The notes beneath the pieces are model-generated. The model saw only the letters and a program-made list of their open reading frames with translations, ran no database searches and had not been told where the DNA came from. The position numbers and the translations under genes are program-made. From the NCBI GenBank assembly GCA_035358315.1, contig DAOPPB010000002.1, forward strand, positions 1-55,669: a stretch of DNA of 55,669 bases, in the 5' to 3' direction. The stretch comes from a bacterium. Lineage in GTDB: Bacteria; Patescibacteriota; WWE3; UBA101185; UBA10185. Below, in pieces: positions 36,864 through 47,352 of this stretch (the first letter of the stretch is position 1; every line of letters begins with the position of its first letter).

Positions 36864-36877
36864 TTTTTAAAACCTCT

Positions 36878-37345
36878 TTAAAACCTTGCAAAATGAGCAA
36901 AAGCCCTGTTAGCTTCGGCCATCCTATGAACTTCATCTCTCTTTTTAATAGCGTCTCCGGTATTTTGATATGCGTCATTCAAAACATCATACAGCTTTTC
37001 CACCATCGGTTTTCCTTTTTTTGACTCAGCACTTTCGACTATCCATCTTATAGCCAGAGCTTCAGCTCTATCATGTCTTAGGGGCATTGGTACCTGATAA
37101 GTAGCACCACCTACTCTTTTTGATCTTACCTCCTGCTGAGGCATAACATTTTTAACAGCCTGTTCGAATATTCTTAATCTTTCTTTTTCGTCGTCACTAA
37201 GTTTTTCCATAGAGCCATAAACTATCTTAACAGCCAAACTTTTCTTTCCTCTTTCCATAACGGTATTGATCATTCTTGAAACCACTTTAGATTTATACAC
37301 AGGATCGGGGATTACTTGTCTTTTTTTTGATCTTTTTCCTCTCAT
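36878..37345 (-). CDS. rpsG: 30S ribosomal protein S7
   Basis: 155 aa. PDPVYKSKVVSRMINTVMERGKKSLA. Confidence 0.95.
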   Translation of the reverse strand: MRGKRSKKRQVIPDPVYKSKVVSRMINTVMERGKKSLAVKIVYGSMEKLSDDEKERLRIFEQAVKNVMPQQEVRSKRVGGATYQVPMPLRHDRAEALAIRWIVESAESKKGKPMVEKLYDVLNDAYQNTGDAIKKRDEVHRMAEANRAFAHFARF

Positions 37346-37764
37346 TATTTTTTCTCCTTAACTTTCCTAACACCGTAAATTGAGCGGGAAGTTTTTCTTT
37401 TCTCAACACCTGCGAGATCTGCGGCACCCCTGACTATTTCGTATTTAATTCCCGGCAGATCCTGAACTTTTCCCCCTTTTACGATAACAACGGAGTGTTC
37501 CTGAAGGTTATGCCCTTCACCAGGAATATAGGCAGTAACTTCCCTTCCGTTTGATAACCTGACTCTGGCCACTTTTCTCAGCGCAGAATTAGGTTTTTTT
37601 GGAGTTTGCGTTCTGACCAATAAAACAACCCCCCGTTTTAACGGACTGTTATGCTTTGACACTTTTCTTCTTTTGGTGTTAAAAACCTCTTTAAGAGCCG
37701 GTGTGCCAACCTTTTTAGTTTTTCTTTTTCTACCTTTTCTAATTAGTTGATTAATAGTAGGCAT
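37345..37764 (-). CDS. rpsL: 30S ribosomal protein S12
   Basis: [13 protein letters not shown] from ATG 37764. [16 protein letters not shown] motif. Confidence 0.95.
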   Translation of the reverse strand: MPTINQLIRKGRKRKTKKVGTPALKEVFNTKRRKVSKHNSPLKRGVVLLVRTQTPKKPNSALRKVARVRLSNGREVTAYIPGEGHNLQEHSVVIVKGGKVQDLPGIKYEIVRGAADLAGVEKRKTSRSIYGVRKVKEKK

Positions 37765-37765
37765 A

Positions 37766-40700
37766 TTAGTCAATTCTTGCTCTTTCCCCTGTAGGAATTA
37801 ATCTTCCGATAATTACATTTTCCTTAAGACCTAGCAGGTAATCAACCTTACCAGAGCACGCGGCTTCGGTCAACACATTACTTGTATGAATAAACGATGC
37901 CGCCGCCATCCAACTGTCAGTGTATAAAGCGGACTTAGTTATTCCAAGCATTGTAATTTTTCCCGTTGCTGGGGCGCCTCCGCTTGCAACAACCCTCTCA
38001 GTTTCTTCGTCAAATCTGGCTCTAGTAACAATTTCCCCAGCCATAAATTCCGTATCCCCGGGATCCTCAATCTTAACATGATTAAACATCTGTTTCACTA
38101 TTATCTCCAAATGTTTATCATTAATAGTTACACCCTGAGAAGCGTAGACATTCTGAATTTCTTCAATAATGTATCTTTTGGTTTCATCTACTCCCACGGT
38201 TCTGTATAAGTCGCTAAGATTTAAATTACCCGAAGTTAACTTTTGTCCTCTAGCAACAGTTTCGCCATCTCTTACCAAAATTTCCTCTACGGGATCTATT
38301 TCATATTCAACAACTTCTTCTCCCGGGTCGGATGGGATTACAACTATTTTTCTCTCGTCACCGTTTTTTTCAATTCTGACCGTACCGGAAATTTCACTCA
38401 TTACGGATAAGAATTTAGGCGCCCTGGCTTCCACAAGTTCCTCTACTCTCGGCAAACCTTGAGTTATATCTTTTCCTACAACCCCTCCCGAATGAAAGGT
38501 CTTAAGCGTAAGCTGGGTACCGGGTTCACCTATGGACTGAGCTGCCGCTACTCCTATCGCCGTACCAACTTTAACAAGTTTTCCCGTCATAAGATCAGTC
38601 CCATAGCATGTAGCACAAACACCTCTTCTGGTCTCACAATGCATCGGGGACCTAATAATTATTTTTTCAGCACCTGATTTTTCAATTAATTCGACGTCGG
38701 AGTCCGTTAACAAAGTTTTTGCTTTCACAATAACTTTCCCACCAACTTTTACATCTTTGGCCAGAACCCTTCCGACAACTCTTTCTCCGAATGTCTGAAG
38801 AAGTGTACCTTTTCCAACAGTCATTTCCCTGCCTTCATCGGTTCCGCAATCATCTTCTCTTACCAAAACATCCTGACTTACATCTACCAATCTTCTGGTT
38901 AAATATCCGGCGTCAGCTGTTTTCAAACCCTTATCAACAAGACCTTTCCTTGCACCTCTTGAGCCTATAAAATACTCGGAAGCAGATAAGCCTAATTTGA
39001 AATTTCCAAATATGGGAACTTCAACAATCTTTCCCGTAGGATCGTAAATTAATCCTTTCATACCCGCTAATTGTCTTACCTGATCTCTGGAAGCTTTCGT
39101 AGAACCTGACTTAACAAGTATCTTGACCGGATTATCTTCAGGCAAATCATCCCAAACAACTTTATCAAGATCACTAATAACCTTGTTCCATATTTCTTCG
39201 TTTTTCTTTCTCACTTCCGAACGGGTTATCAAACCTCGAGCATAAAAACCATCTACTTCTTTAACCAACTTTTTCCCTTCGTTTATCATTTCTTCACGTT
39301 CTTTTGGAATTTCTATATCGGCCAGAGAAACAGACTGACCACAAACGGTCCCGTATTTCAAACCTATATCTTTAATATCATCTATCAACTTTGAAGCAAC
39401 CTCGTTAGGTTCTTCTTTTAATACTTTCGTCAAAAGACTGGTAACTCTTTTCCTATCCATGGGTTCGTTTATATACTCATAATTCTTTGGTAAAACTTTG
39501 TTAAAAATAATTCTTCCGGGAGTTGTTTCTACGATCTTTCCTTCGATTTGTATCTTTGACAGCTGTCTCAAATCTATTTCCTTCTTCACCTCCATTGCAT
39601 ATACTAATTCTGTTTCGCCCGAGTAAACTTTATTCAAAACAGGAAGTTTTTCATCCACAGATGTTATATAGTAAACACCGAATAGCATTATGTTCGCCGG
39701 AATTGATATCGGAGCCCCGCTGGAAGGATTCAAAAGATTATTAGTAGATATAAGAACATTCTTAGCCTCTTCTATCGCCTCATCGGTCAGGGGAACATGA
39801 ACCGCCATTTGGTCACCGTCAAAATCGGCGTTAAATCCTTTACAAACGCACAGATGAAGTTTAATCGCGTTTCCTTCTATCAACTTAGGATAGAAAGCCT
39901 GAATTCCGAGTCTCCACAAAGTCGGAGCCCTGTTCAAGAGAACAGGATGTCCTTCAACTACTTCTTCCAGAATATCCCAAACCTCCGGAACCCTCGTATC
40001 AAGGAAGAACTTCGCGCTCTTTACATTCGGAGCGTATCCTCTTGCAAGTATCTCTCTTAAAACCATCGGTTTGAAAAGTTCTAACGCCATTTCCTTTGGA
40101 ATACCACATTCATCAAGCTTTAAATCGGGACCGTTTATTATGACCCCTCTCCCAGAATAATCTACCCTTTTACCCAAAAGGTTTAATCTGAATATACCTT
40201 GTTTTCCCTTTATCATATCCGCTAAAGATCGGGGTTCTTTTCCACGGGTATTTGTTCTTGCCTTCTTCCTTCTCTTGGAAGAATCCAACAATGCGTCCAC
40301 AGATTCCTGGAGCATTCTTTTTTCATTTCTCACAATTATCTCCGGCGCACCCAGATCCAAAAGTTTTTTCAATCTGTTATTTCTATTTATAAGCCTTCTA
40401 TAGAGATCATTTAAATCCGAAGTGGCAAATCTCCCGCCGTCAAGCTGAACAATCGGTCTTAAGTCCGGAGGAATTACCGGAATAACTTCCATAATCATTC
40501 TCCCCGGAGTTACACCCGATCTCCTGAATTTTTCAACGGCTACTAGTCTCTTTGATATTTTCTGAGCATTCTGACCCTTGGTTTTTTTCAGCTGATCTCT
40601 TAATTGCTCCGACAACATATTCAAGTCCAATTTATCCAAAATTGTCTTTAGAGCTCCTGCACCTGTTTCTAATTTGCAAAACTTCTCAAGATAGGAAATC

Positions 40701-41434
40701 AGAGTTATATATTCATTTTCGGAAATCACGGAATTAAGATTTACACTCTCTATTTTCTTTTGAATTAATCTAAATTTCTTCTCCTGCTCTTCAATTCTTT
40801 TTTCATAAGTAGCTGTCAATTTTTGCACCTGCTGTTTTATCTTTAATTCCTCTTCCTCAGCTTTTATGTCGTCGTGTAATTTGGAGAGGTCTTCGATTTC
40901 CTTGTTCAAAGACTTTATTTGATCGTCCATTTCTTTCTGAGCGGACGCTTTTGTCATTTCCAAATCTTTCCCAATCTGAGAAATCACTTTAACTTTGTTT
41001 TTCTCGTCAATTTCCGTAACAATAAATGAAGCAAAATACACAACCGACTCTACATTTCTGGGCGTAAGATCAAGAAGCAAAGCCATGTTTGACGGAATGC
41101 CTTTAAAAAACCAGACATGGGCAACCGGAGAAGCAAGTTTGATGTGACCCATCCTCTCTCTTCGCACTCTATTGGTAGTTACTTCAACACCGCATTTATC
41201 ACATATAACTCCTTTGTATCTTATACCCTTGTATTTTCCACAGTAGCACTCATAATTTTTCGTGGGACCGAATATTCTCTCATCAAAAAGACCATCTCTC
41301 TCAGATTTGAAAGTTCTGTAATTTATAGTTTCCGGTTTCGTAACTTCGCCGTAAGACCAGCTTAGAATATCTTCCGTTGAAGCTAAATATATTCTTAATG
41401 CATCAAAATCTTTTAGTTTATTAATATCTCGCAT
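37766..41434 (-). CDS. rpoC: DNA-directed RNA polymerase subunit beta prime
   Basis: 1222 aa. Zn finger CYCGKYKG...CDKCGVEV and the NADFDGDQM catalytic motif. Confidence 0.97.
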   Translation of the reverse strand: MRDINKLKDFDALRIYLASTEDILSWSYGEVTKPETINYRTFKSERDGLFDERIFGPTKNYECYCGKYKGIRYKGVICDKCGVEVTTNRVRRERMGHIKLASPVAHVWFFKGIPSNMALLLDLTPRNVESVVYFASFIVTEIDEKNKVKVISQIGKDLEMTKASAQKEMDDQIKSLNKEIEDLSKLHDDIKAEEEELKIKQQVQKLTATYEKRIEEQEKKFRLIQKKIESVNLNSVISENEYITLISYLEKFCKLETGAGALKTILDKLDLNMLSEQLRDQLKKTKGQNAQKISKRLVAVEKFRRSGVTPGRMIMEVIPVIPPDLRPIVQLDGGRFATSDLNDLYRRLINRNNRLKKLLDLGAPEIIVRNEKRMLQESVDALLDSSKRRKKARTNTRGKEPRSLADMIKGKQGIFRLNLLGKRVDYSGRGVIINGPDLKLDECGIPKEMALELFKPMVLREILARGYAPNVKSAKFFLDTRVPEVWDILEEVVEGHPVLLNRAPTLWRLGIQAFYPKLIEGNAIKLHLCVCKGFNADFDGDQMAVHVPLTDEAIEEAKNVLISTNNLLNPSSGAPISIPANIMLFGVYYITSVDEKLPVLNKVYSGETELVYAMEVKKEIDLRQLSKIQIEGKIVETTPGRIIFNKVLPKNYEYINEPMDRKRVTSLLTKVLKEEPNEVASKLIDDIKDIGLKYGTVCGQSVSLADIEIPKEREEMINEGKKLVKEVDGFYARGLITRSEVRKKNEEIWNKVISDLDKVVWDDLPEDNPVKILVKSGSTKASRDQVRQLAGMKGLIYDPTGKIVEVPIFGNFKLGLSASEYFIGSRGARKGLVDKGLKTADAGYLTRRLVDVSQDVLVREDDCGTDEGREMTVGKGTLLQTFGERVVGRVLAKDVKVGGKVIVKAKTLLTDSDVELIEKSGAEKIIIRSPMHCETRRGVCATCYGTDLMTGKLVKVGTAIGVAAAQSIGEPGTQLTLKTFHSGGVVGKDITQGLPRVEELVEARAPKFLSVMSEISGTVRIEKNGDERKIVVIPSDPGEEVVEYEIDPVEEILVRDGETVARGQKLTSGNLNLSDLYRTVGVDETKRYIIEEIQNVYASQGVTINDKHLEIIVKQMFNHVKIEDPGDTEFMAGEIVTRARFDEETERVVASGGAPATGKITMLGITKSALYTDSWMAAASFIHTSNVLTEAACSGKVDYLLGLKENVIIGRLIPTGERARID

Positions 41435-41445
41435 GTGTGTACTCC

Positions 41446-44400
41446 TTAGGAAATTTCATCCTCCTTATCAGAATCACCTACTTCTTCCATTCCCTCTTTT
41501 TCCATATCTTCTTCGCTAAAAACAGATTCATCCTGATCTGTCAAAGCTTCTGCTTCATTCCAATTTATCTGCTTTTCTCCCTGTTTTTCCCGTTGCACAG
41601 AACCCTCTGTATTTCCTTCTTCAATACTTTCATCGCTTCCTTCTGCCGAGAAAGCTTCCAATCCCAAACCCAATCCGTTTAGTTTTCTAACCAACAATTT
41701 AAAGGTTTCCGGAACAGTCGGGCCGGGAATCTTGTTGCCCTGTATGAGAGCGCTAAAAGCTTGAACCCTTCCCATCATATCGTCAGATTTAATAGTCAAC
41801 ATCTCCTGAAGAGTGTGCGCGGCTCCATATGCCTCTAAAGCCCAAACCTCCATCTCCCCGAATCTCTGACCCCCGAACTGCGCCTTACCACCTAAAGGCT
41901 GTTGATTTATCAAAGAGTAAGGACCTGTGGATCTGGCATGTATTTTTTCTTCCGACATATGAATAAGTTTCAAAATATATGCGTCACCAACAACTATTTC
42001 GTTATGGTAATATTCCCCCGTTCTTCCATCTATAAGTTTCATCTTCCCACTGGCAGGATAACCCGCTCTTTTTAACTCCTCCACAAGCTTATCTTCCGGA
42101 ATTCTTTGAAGAGAGGGGATTTCGTAGAACTTGTTTAATTTCCTTCCCGCAGCTCCGAGAGAAGCTTCAAGTATCTGACCAACGTTCATCCTTTTCAGCA
42201 CCGCTTCCGAAGAAAATATTATATCGACGGATGTTCCGTCAGGAAGCATCGGCATGTCCACAGCAGGTACTACAGCAGAAATAACACCTTTATTTCCATG
42301 TCTTCCGGCAAGTTTATCTCCGATTTCAATTTTCTTCTGCTGAGCAACATAAACCGTTATTTTTTCTATAGTACCGGCCGGTAAAGATTCGTTATCTTCT
42401 TTTGTAACCGATTTAATACCTATAACAACACCGTGCTCACCATGAGGCATTCTCAGAGAAGTGTCCCTCACATCTTTAGCTTTCTCACCAAATATCGCCC
42501 TCAGTAGTCTTTCCTCGGACGTAAGATCCACCTCACCCTTCGGAGCAACTTTTCCGACCAGAACATCTCCCGACTTTACCTTTGACCCTACCGCTACAAT
42601 TCCTCTTTCATCCAAACTTCGCAGACTATCTTCCGAAACATTAGGTATATCTCTTGTGATTTCCTCGGGACCCAATTTTGTTTCCTGAACCGAAACGGAA
42701 TAATCCTGAATATGAATTGAGGTTAAAACATCTTCCTTAACTATTCGATCCGAAATGACTATTCCATCTTCATACTCCAATCCCTCGTATATCATGTAAG
42801 CAACCTTCATATTTGTACCTATGGCTATTTCTCCCTCATCAACCGCCGGTCCTTCTACCAGAATATCTCCCTTTTTGACTCTCTGCCCTGTTGTTACTTT
42901 CACTATCTGATTATAATTAGTCTCATTATTTGTTTGAATAAATTTCTTTGTGCGGTATTCGGTTTTCCTATTTTTATCGGCATATTTAACAACAACTTTA
43001 TCGGCATCAGCGTATTCAACAAGGCCGTTTCCTTCGGCCAGGATAAGCGCGTTAGTATTTCTTGCAACTTCAGCTTCAATGCCTGTTCCCACTATCGGTC
43101 TTTGAGGTTTTATCAAGGGAACAGCCTGAGACATCTGCTGTGTGGCCATAGTTATACGGGTTACCTCGTTATTCTGAACGAAAGGAACAAGACCTGCTAT
43201 AACACCCAGAACCTGCGCGGGAACAACCTCAATATATTCAGCAGTAGAAACATCTCCAAGGAAAAACTCATGACCTCTTCTCATTGGAACCTGAGAATCC
43301 AAAATATACCCCCCGTCATCTATCTCAACAGACTGGTCAGTAATATTTACATTCTCTTCATCATAAGCAGCAAGGTAAACGATCTCATCCGTAATCCTTA
43401 CTCTCCCTTTAGGGTCTTTTTCCAACTTAACATAAGGGGTCTCCAAAAACCCATATTCATTAACACGGGCGTACATCGCCATGTAATTGATAAGGCCGAC
43501 ATGAGGACCTTCCGGAGTTCTGACTGGGCATATCCTCCCGAAGTAAGAACTGTGAACATCCCTGACAGAAAAACTTGCTCTTTCCTTTGACAATCCCCCC
43601 GGTCCCAAAACCGAAAGACGTCTGATATGATCTAAAGCCGATAGCGGATTTTGCTGTTCGTGAAGCTGAGACAACTGGCCGGTCGCAAAAAACGAGTGTA
43701 TAGCCGCCGCCATAGCTCTGGGGGCTATCAGGGTTGAAGGCTCCGGAAGTTTGTCTCTGGGGGCCAAGCTCATTCTTTCTTTGATGTTTTTCTCCATCCT
43801 CAGGAAACCAACTCTTGTTTGCCACTGCAAAAGCTCACCCATACTCTTTACTCTCCTATTCCCCAAAAAATCTACATCGCTTGGATCCCCGATTCCGTTG
43901 TTAAGTTCTATAATTTTAGAAATTATCTTTATCAAATCTTCCAACTGAAGTAATCTGTGTTTGGGATCATTAGGAAAATTTAAACCGAGCGTCTGATTTA
44001 GTTTAAATCTTCCTATTGCCCCCATACTGTATCTTCGTTTATTAAAGAACATTGCGTGAACCAAAGCTTTGGCGTTTTCGATTACCAATGGTTCTCCGGG
44101 TCTCATTTTTTTGTATATTTCCAAACAGGCTTCATCAAAATTGCTTGCAGGATCTTTTGCCAAAGTTGCTTCGGTATAATTAATCTCCGGATTTGTTTCC
44201 ACACCAACAAATACTTTTCTTATATCGTCATCGCTTTCCAATCCGAATACTCTGAGCAAAGTTGTAGCTGTTATTTTTCTCTTTCTGTCTATTCTGAGAG
44301 ATATGACTCCCGTTCTTGAAGTTTCAAACTCCAACCAAACTCCACTCCTCGGAATCACTATGGCCCCAGACAAAAATTGTCCCGTAACGGGAGAAATCTC

Positions 44401-44811
44401 CCCGCCGAACAAAACACCTTCCGATCTTATAAGCTGATTGATAATTATTCTCTCTACCCCGTTGATAATAAATGTTCCCTGCCCGGTCATCAGGGGAATA
44501 TCACCCATATAAATCTCGTTTGTCTTTTTCTTCTTTGATATCGGATCTTCAATAGTAGCCTCAACGTACCATGGGGCATCGTATGTTCTCCCAGTTCTTT
44601 TTGCCTCTTCTATAGAAAGGTTTTCTTTATCTATTCTAGGATTGGAAAGAGTCAAAACCCATCCTCTGCCGGAGTTATCTTCAATAGTGCCGAGCTCATC
44701 AAGAACTTCTTTTAATCCTTCGCGTTTCAGCCAATTAAAAGACTCTAACTGGATACCGACAAGATTTGGTAAAGGAAGGGCTATTTTTCTTTTTAAAAAG
44801 GTTTCACGCAT
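41446..44811 (-). CDS. rpoB: DNA-directed RNA polymerase subunit beta
   Basis: 1121 aa. LPNLVGIQLESF N-terminus, a GRHGNKGV motif, and an acidic C-terminal tail. Confidence 0.97.
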   Translation of the reverse strand: MRETFLKRKIALPLPNLVGIQLESFNWLKREGLKEVLDELGTIEDNSGRGWVLTLSNPRIDKENLSIEEAKRTGRTYDAPWYVEATIEDPISKKKKTNEIYMGDIPLMTGQGTFIINGVERIIINQLIRSEGVLFGGEISPVTGQFLSGAIVIPRSGVWLEFETSRTGVISLRIDRKRKITATTLLRVFGLESDDDIRKVFVGVETNPEINYTEATLAKDPASNFDEACLEIYKKMRPGEPLVIENAKALVHAMFFNKRRYSMGAIGRFKLNQTLGLNFPNDPKHRLLQLEDLIKIISKIIELNNGIGDPSDVDFLGNRRVKSMGELLQWQTRVGFLRMEKNIKERMSLAPRDKLPEPSTLIAPRAMAAAIHSFFATGQLSQLHEQQNPLSALDHIRRLSVLGPGGLSKERASFSVRDVHSSYFGRICPVRTPEGPHVGLINYMAMYARVNEYGFLETPYVKLEKDPKGRVRITDEIVYLAAYDEENVNITDQSVEIDDGGYILDSQVPMRRGHEFFLGDVSTAEYIEVVPAQVLGVIAGLVPFVQNNEVTRITMATQQMSQAVPLIKPQRPIVGTGIEAEVARNTNALILAEGNGLVEYADADKVVVKYADKNRKTEYRTKKFIQTNNETNYNQIVKVTTGQRVKKGDILVEGPAVDEGEIAIGTNMKVAYMIYEGLEYEDGIVISDRIVKEDVLTSIHIQDYSVSVQETKLGPEEITRDIPNVSEDSLRSLDERGIVAVGSKVKSGDVLVGKVAPKGEVDLTSEERLLRAIFGEKAKDVRDTSLRMPHGEHGVVIGIKSVTKEDNESLPAGTIEKITVYVAQQKKIEIGDKLAGRHGNKGVISAVVPAVDMPMLPDGTSVDIIFSSEAVLKRMNVGQILEASLGAAGRKLNKFYEIPSLQRIPEDKLVEELKRAGYPASGKMKLIDGRTGEYYHNEIVVGDAYILKLIHMSEEKIHARSTGPYSLINQQPLGGKAQFGGQRFGEMEVWALEAYGAAHTLQEMLTIKSDDMMGRVQAFSALIQGNKIPGPTVPETFKLLVRKLNGLGLGLEAFSAEGSDESIEEGNTEGSVQREKQGEKQINWNEAEALTDQDESVFSEEDMEKEGMEEVGDSDKEDEIS

Positions 44812-44880
44812 TAATTTTATTAATTATTGTTTAACGTAAAATTGTACTACTAAATTCCAATTTTTAAACCACTTAAATCA

Positions 44881-44925
44881 AAAACAAAAGCAAAAAGACC
44901 CTATCCCTTAGGGGTGACCGGTCTT
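44881..44925 (-). terminator. intrinsic terminator-like hairpin downstream of lepB / upstream of rpoB
   Basis: Minus strand reads AAGACC-GGTCA-CCCCTAAGGG-ATAG-GGTCTT followed by TTTTGCTTTTGTTTTT. Confidence 0.5.
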
Positions 44926-44961
44926 AACTATTTTTTACTGCCCAATTTTGGAACAGAGCGA

Positions 44962-44990
44962 AAACTACCACATTAACCAAAAGGTGTCAA
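44962..44990 (-). promoter_or_regulatory. candidate sigma-70-type promoter (TTGACA-17 nt-TAGTTT) reading towards the hairpin and rpoB
   Basis: Perfect -35 TTGACA (plus-strand tgtcaa at 44985..44990), 17-nt spacer, -10 TAGTTT (44962..44967). Confidence 0.3.
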
Positions 44991-44993
44991 CAA

Positions 44994-45539
44994 CTAATTG
45001 ACAAACCCAATTCGGGAGGGAGGCCACAATATGAACACTACACGACCGACAAACCTTTTTTCATCAATCAAACCGATGTTTCTGGAATCAAAAGAATTAT
45101 CTCTGTTATCACCTAAAAGAACGTACTGGCCTTCTCCTATTTTTATTGACCTCCCTTCTCTTATTTGCGACCCAGCTTCAGTACATACCCCCTCAGGCAA
45201 ATAATCCTCCGAAAGAACATAATGCTTCCCTTCTCTGGAAATCACTATTTTACAATCTATTATCTTAAATACATCGCCGGGAATTCCAACTATTCTTTTA
45301 ATATAATGCTTTGAGCCATCATTCGGCGGATAAAAGACAACCACATCCCCCCTCTTAAAAGAATCACTTTTTCCCGTAATTCTATCCACCAGAATTCTCT
45401 CTCCTGAATAAAAGTTCGGCTCCATACTCGGCCCCAACACAACTTCCACCGAGGCTACAAAGTAGTAGATAAATAAAACCACAACGGCCGAAACTACAAT
45501 GGTTTCAACAACCTCAAGAAAAAAATTCTTTATTTTCAT
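44994..45539 (-). CDS. lepB: signal peptidase I
   Basis: 181 aa from ATG 45539. TM anchor, GPSMEPN (catalytic Ser box) and GDNRDNSFDSR box E. Confidence 0.9.
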   Translation of the reverse strand: MKIKNFFLEVVETIVVSAVVVLFIYYFVASVEVVLGPSMEPNFYSGERILVDRITGKSDSFKRGDVVVFYPPNDGSKHYIKRIVGIPGDVFKIIDCKIVISREGKHYVLSEDYLPEGVCTEAGSQIREGRSIKIGEGQYVLLGDNRDNSFDSRNIGLIDEKRFVGRVVFILWPPSRIGFVN

Positions 45540-45637
45540 AAAAGTTCCGATTTTTCGAACAATCCCCCGAAAAAATATTTTAGCGACATTGAGATAATAA
45601 ATGAAGTGTTTGTATTTGTATAGTAAAATAAATTCCG

Positions 45638-47320
45638 ATGAAAAAGAAAAAGGAAAAGATAGATTCAGATAAAGAAGCCGCAAATAACGAGGATGATCGT
45701 GAAATAAAAACTTTCTCTGACATCGGAGACTTCTTAAAGAAGAACAAGCTAGTTGTAATTTTTATATGCCTGTTTACACTGCTGATATATGCAAACATTA
45801 TAACCGGAGATTTTGTAAATCTGGATGATTACTCAAAGATATTGGCAGGGCCGGAATACAAAGACATCTGGTCTTCAATAAAATCACTGGATGGGTATAG
45901 AGTTACCATGACTATAATGGTTAAACTTTTCGGGATAAACTCCTCAGCTCTTCACGTTTTATCCATCGTAACTCATATGGTAAACGGTATTTTGGTTTTC
46001 ATTTTACTTTATATTTTGTTTGGAAAAAAAGTATCTCTTATGGGAACATTTATGTTTTTGTCCCATCCCGTGAACACGGAGGTATTGAGCTGGCATGCCG
46101 GGTATCCCTACGCTGCGAGGGGAACGTTGATATTGCTAATCCTGATATTTTTTGCCTTATATAAAAAAACCGGCAGAAAAAAATTTTTAACCGCTTCATC
46201 TTTAGTTTACATATTTTCCTTGATTTTCTATAGAGGTGGGGGTTGGGTTCTCATATCACCATTCCTTTTAGTCCTAATGGACCAATTTATTCTTGAAGAT
46301 AAAATTAAGTTAAAAAATATTACTGAATATCTTCCCTATTTAATCTCATCTTTAATCTTTGCAGCCATTCTTTTGCCGGGTTTCTTTAAAGGGAGATTGA
46401 GTGATTTACAAACACTTTACTATGTAGATATAGAAAGCTCCACTCCTCTTGTGAACAGAATACCCTTTACTATATACATGGAATTTAAAACTTTAGCCTA
46501 CCCCATGGATTTGAGCATTTACCGTGAAGGTAAATATATCAGCCCTACAGAATTCACATTTATGGTTTTTGCGACTATGGCTGTTATCTTTTTCATTTTC
46601 TATTTCCTGAAAAAAGACAGAAGAATCTCAGGACTAATGCTAATGATGCTTTTTGCAATTCTCCCTTCCTTTAGCCCGATAATAATTGCGTGGATTACGG
46701 CCGACAGATATTTCTATATCCCTTCGGTGTTTTCTTCCGCAATAATATCAATTGCAATAGTTTGGGTTGACGACAAGCTGGAAAAGAACAAAAGCAAAAG
46801 AGGGGTAATTAAAAAAGAGAAAGCCGACAAAAGAGGTTTTTCCTTTTATGCCCCTTTGTTTATTATTTTATTCTATTCGGTGAGAACGGTAATCAGAAAC
46901 AACGATTTCAGAAACAGTAAAAATCTTTGGATAGCCACAAGAAAAACCGCTCCCTACAGCTATAGGGTTTACAATAATATGGGAGACGTCCTGGCAAACG
47001 AAGGAGATTTAGAAGGTGCGTTGGAAAATTTCAAAATATCCGTTGCCTTAAAACCTGATTACGCTGATGCAGTTCACAATATAGGACACATATACATGGT
47101 GGAAGGGAATTTTCCTCTCGCAAAAAAATATTTGGAAAAATCCTTAGAAATGAATCCAAGACTTTACCCTTCCGCGTATAAACTCGGAATTATATATGCC
47201 GAGGAAGGAGAATATGAAAAATCCAAAGAATACTTTGAGCAGTGTCTTAAATATGAACCTACCGATGCAGATTGTAATAACGGACTTCAAAGGGTTCTGC
47301 AAGCTATAGGACGAAAATAA
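45638..47320 (+). CDS. multi-pass membrane protein with C-terminal TPR repeats (TMTC/PMT-like GT-C candidate)
   Basis: 560 aa. First-loop FVNLDDYSK acidic motif, about 10 TM segments, and C-terminal TPR-like repeats (...YNNMGDVLANEGDLEGALENFKISVALKPDYADAVHNIGHIYMVEGNF...). Confidence 0.65.
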   Translation: MKKKKEKIDSDKEAANNEDDREIKTFSDIGDFLKKNKLVVIFICLFTLLIYANIITGDFVNLDDYSKILAGPEYKDIWSSIKSLDGYRVTMTIMVKLFGINSSALHVLSIVTHMVNGILVFILLYILFGKKVSLMGTFMFLSHPVNTEVLSWHAGYPYAARGTLILLILIFFALYKKTGRKKFLTASSLVYIFSLIFYRGGGWVLISPFLLVLMDQFILEDKIKLKNITEYLPYLISSLIFAAILLPGFFKGRLSDLQTLYYVDIESSTPLVNRIPFTIYMEFKTLAYPMDLSIYREGKYISPTEFTFMVFATMAVIFFIFYFLKKDRRISGLMLMMLFAILPSFSPIIIAWITADRYFYIPSVFSSAIISIAIVWVDDKLEKNKSKRGVIKKEKADKRGFSFYAPLFIILFYSVRTVIRNNDFRNSKNLWIATRKTAPYSYRVYNNMGDVLANEGDLEGALENFKISVALKPDYADAVHNIGHIYMVEGNFPLAKKYLEKSLEMNPRLYPSAYKLGIIYAEEGEYEKSKEYFEQCLKYEPTDADCNNGLQRVLQAIGRK

Positions 47321-47352
47321 TAAATAATTTTCGGGAAAATAAAAATATCCTT

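Noticed and set aside
41446-41680. Acidic ~70-aa C-terminal tail of RpoB (...EGSDESIEEGNTEG...SEEDMEKEGMEEVGDSDKEDEIS).
   Set aside because: Acidic C-terminal extensions of beta occur in other lineages, as I recall for Bacillus. It is low-complexity and there is no evidence of a distinct domain.
43460-43825. 121-aa minus-strand ORF overlapping rpoB in another frame.
   Set aside because: It is embedded in the most conserved part of rpoB, and its Arg/Ser/Gly-rich translation is typical of an off-frame artefact.
47321-47352. Possible bidirectional terminator between the convergent TPR gene and secA (ATTTTC-GGG-GAAAAT).
   Set aside because: It is only a 5-6 bp A:T-rich stem with a 2-4 nt loop, too weak to call.
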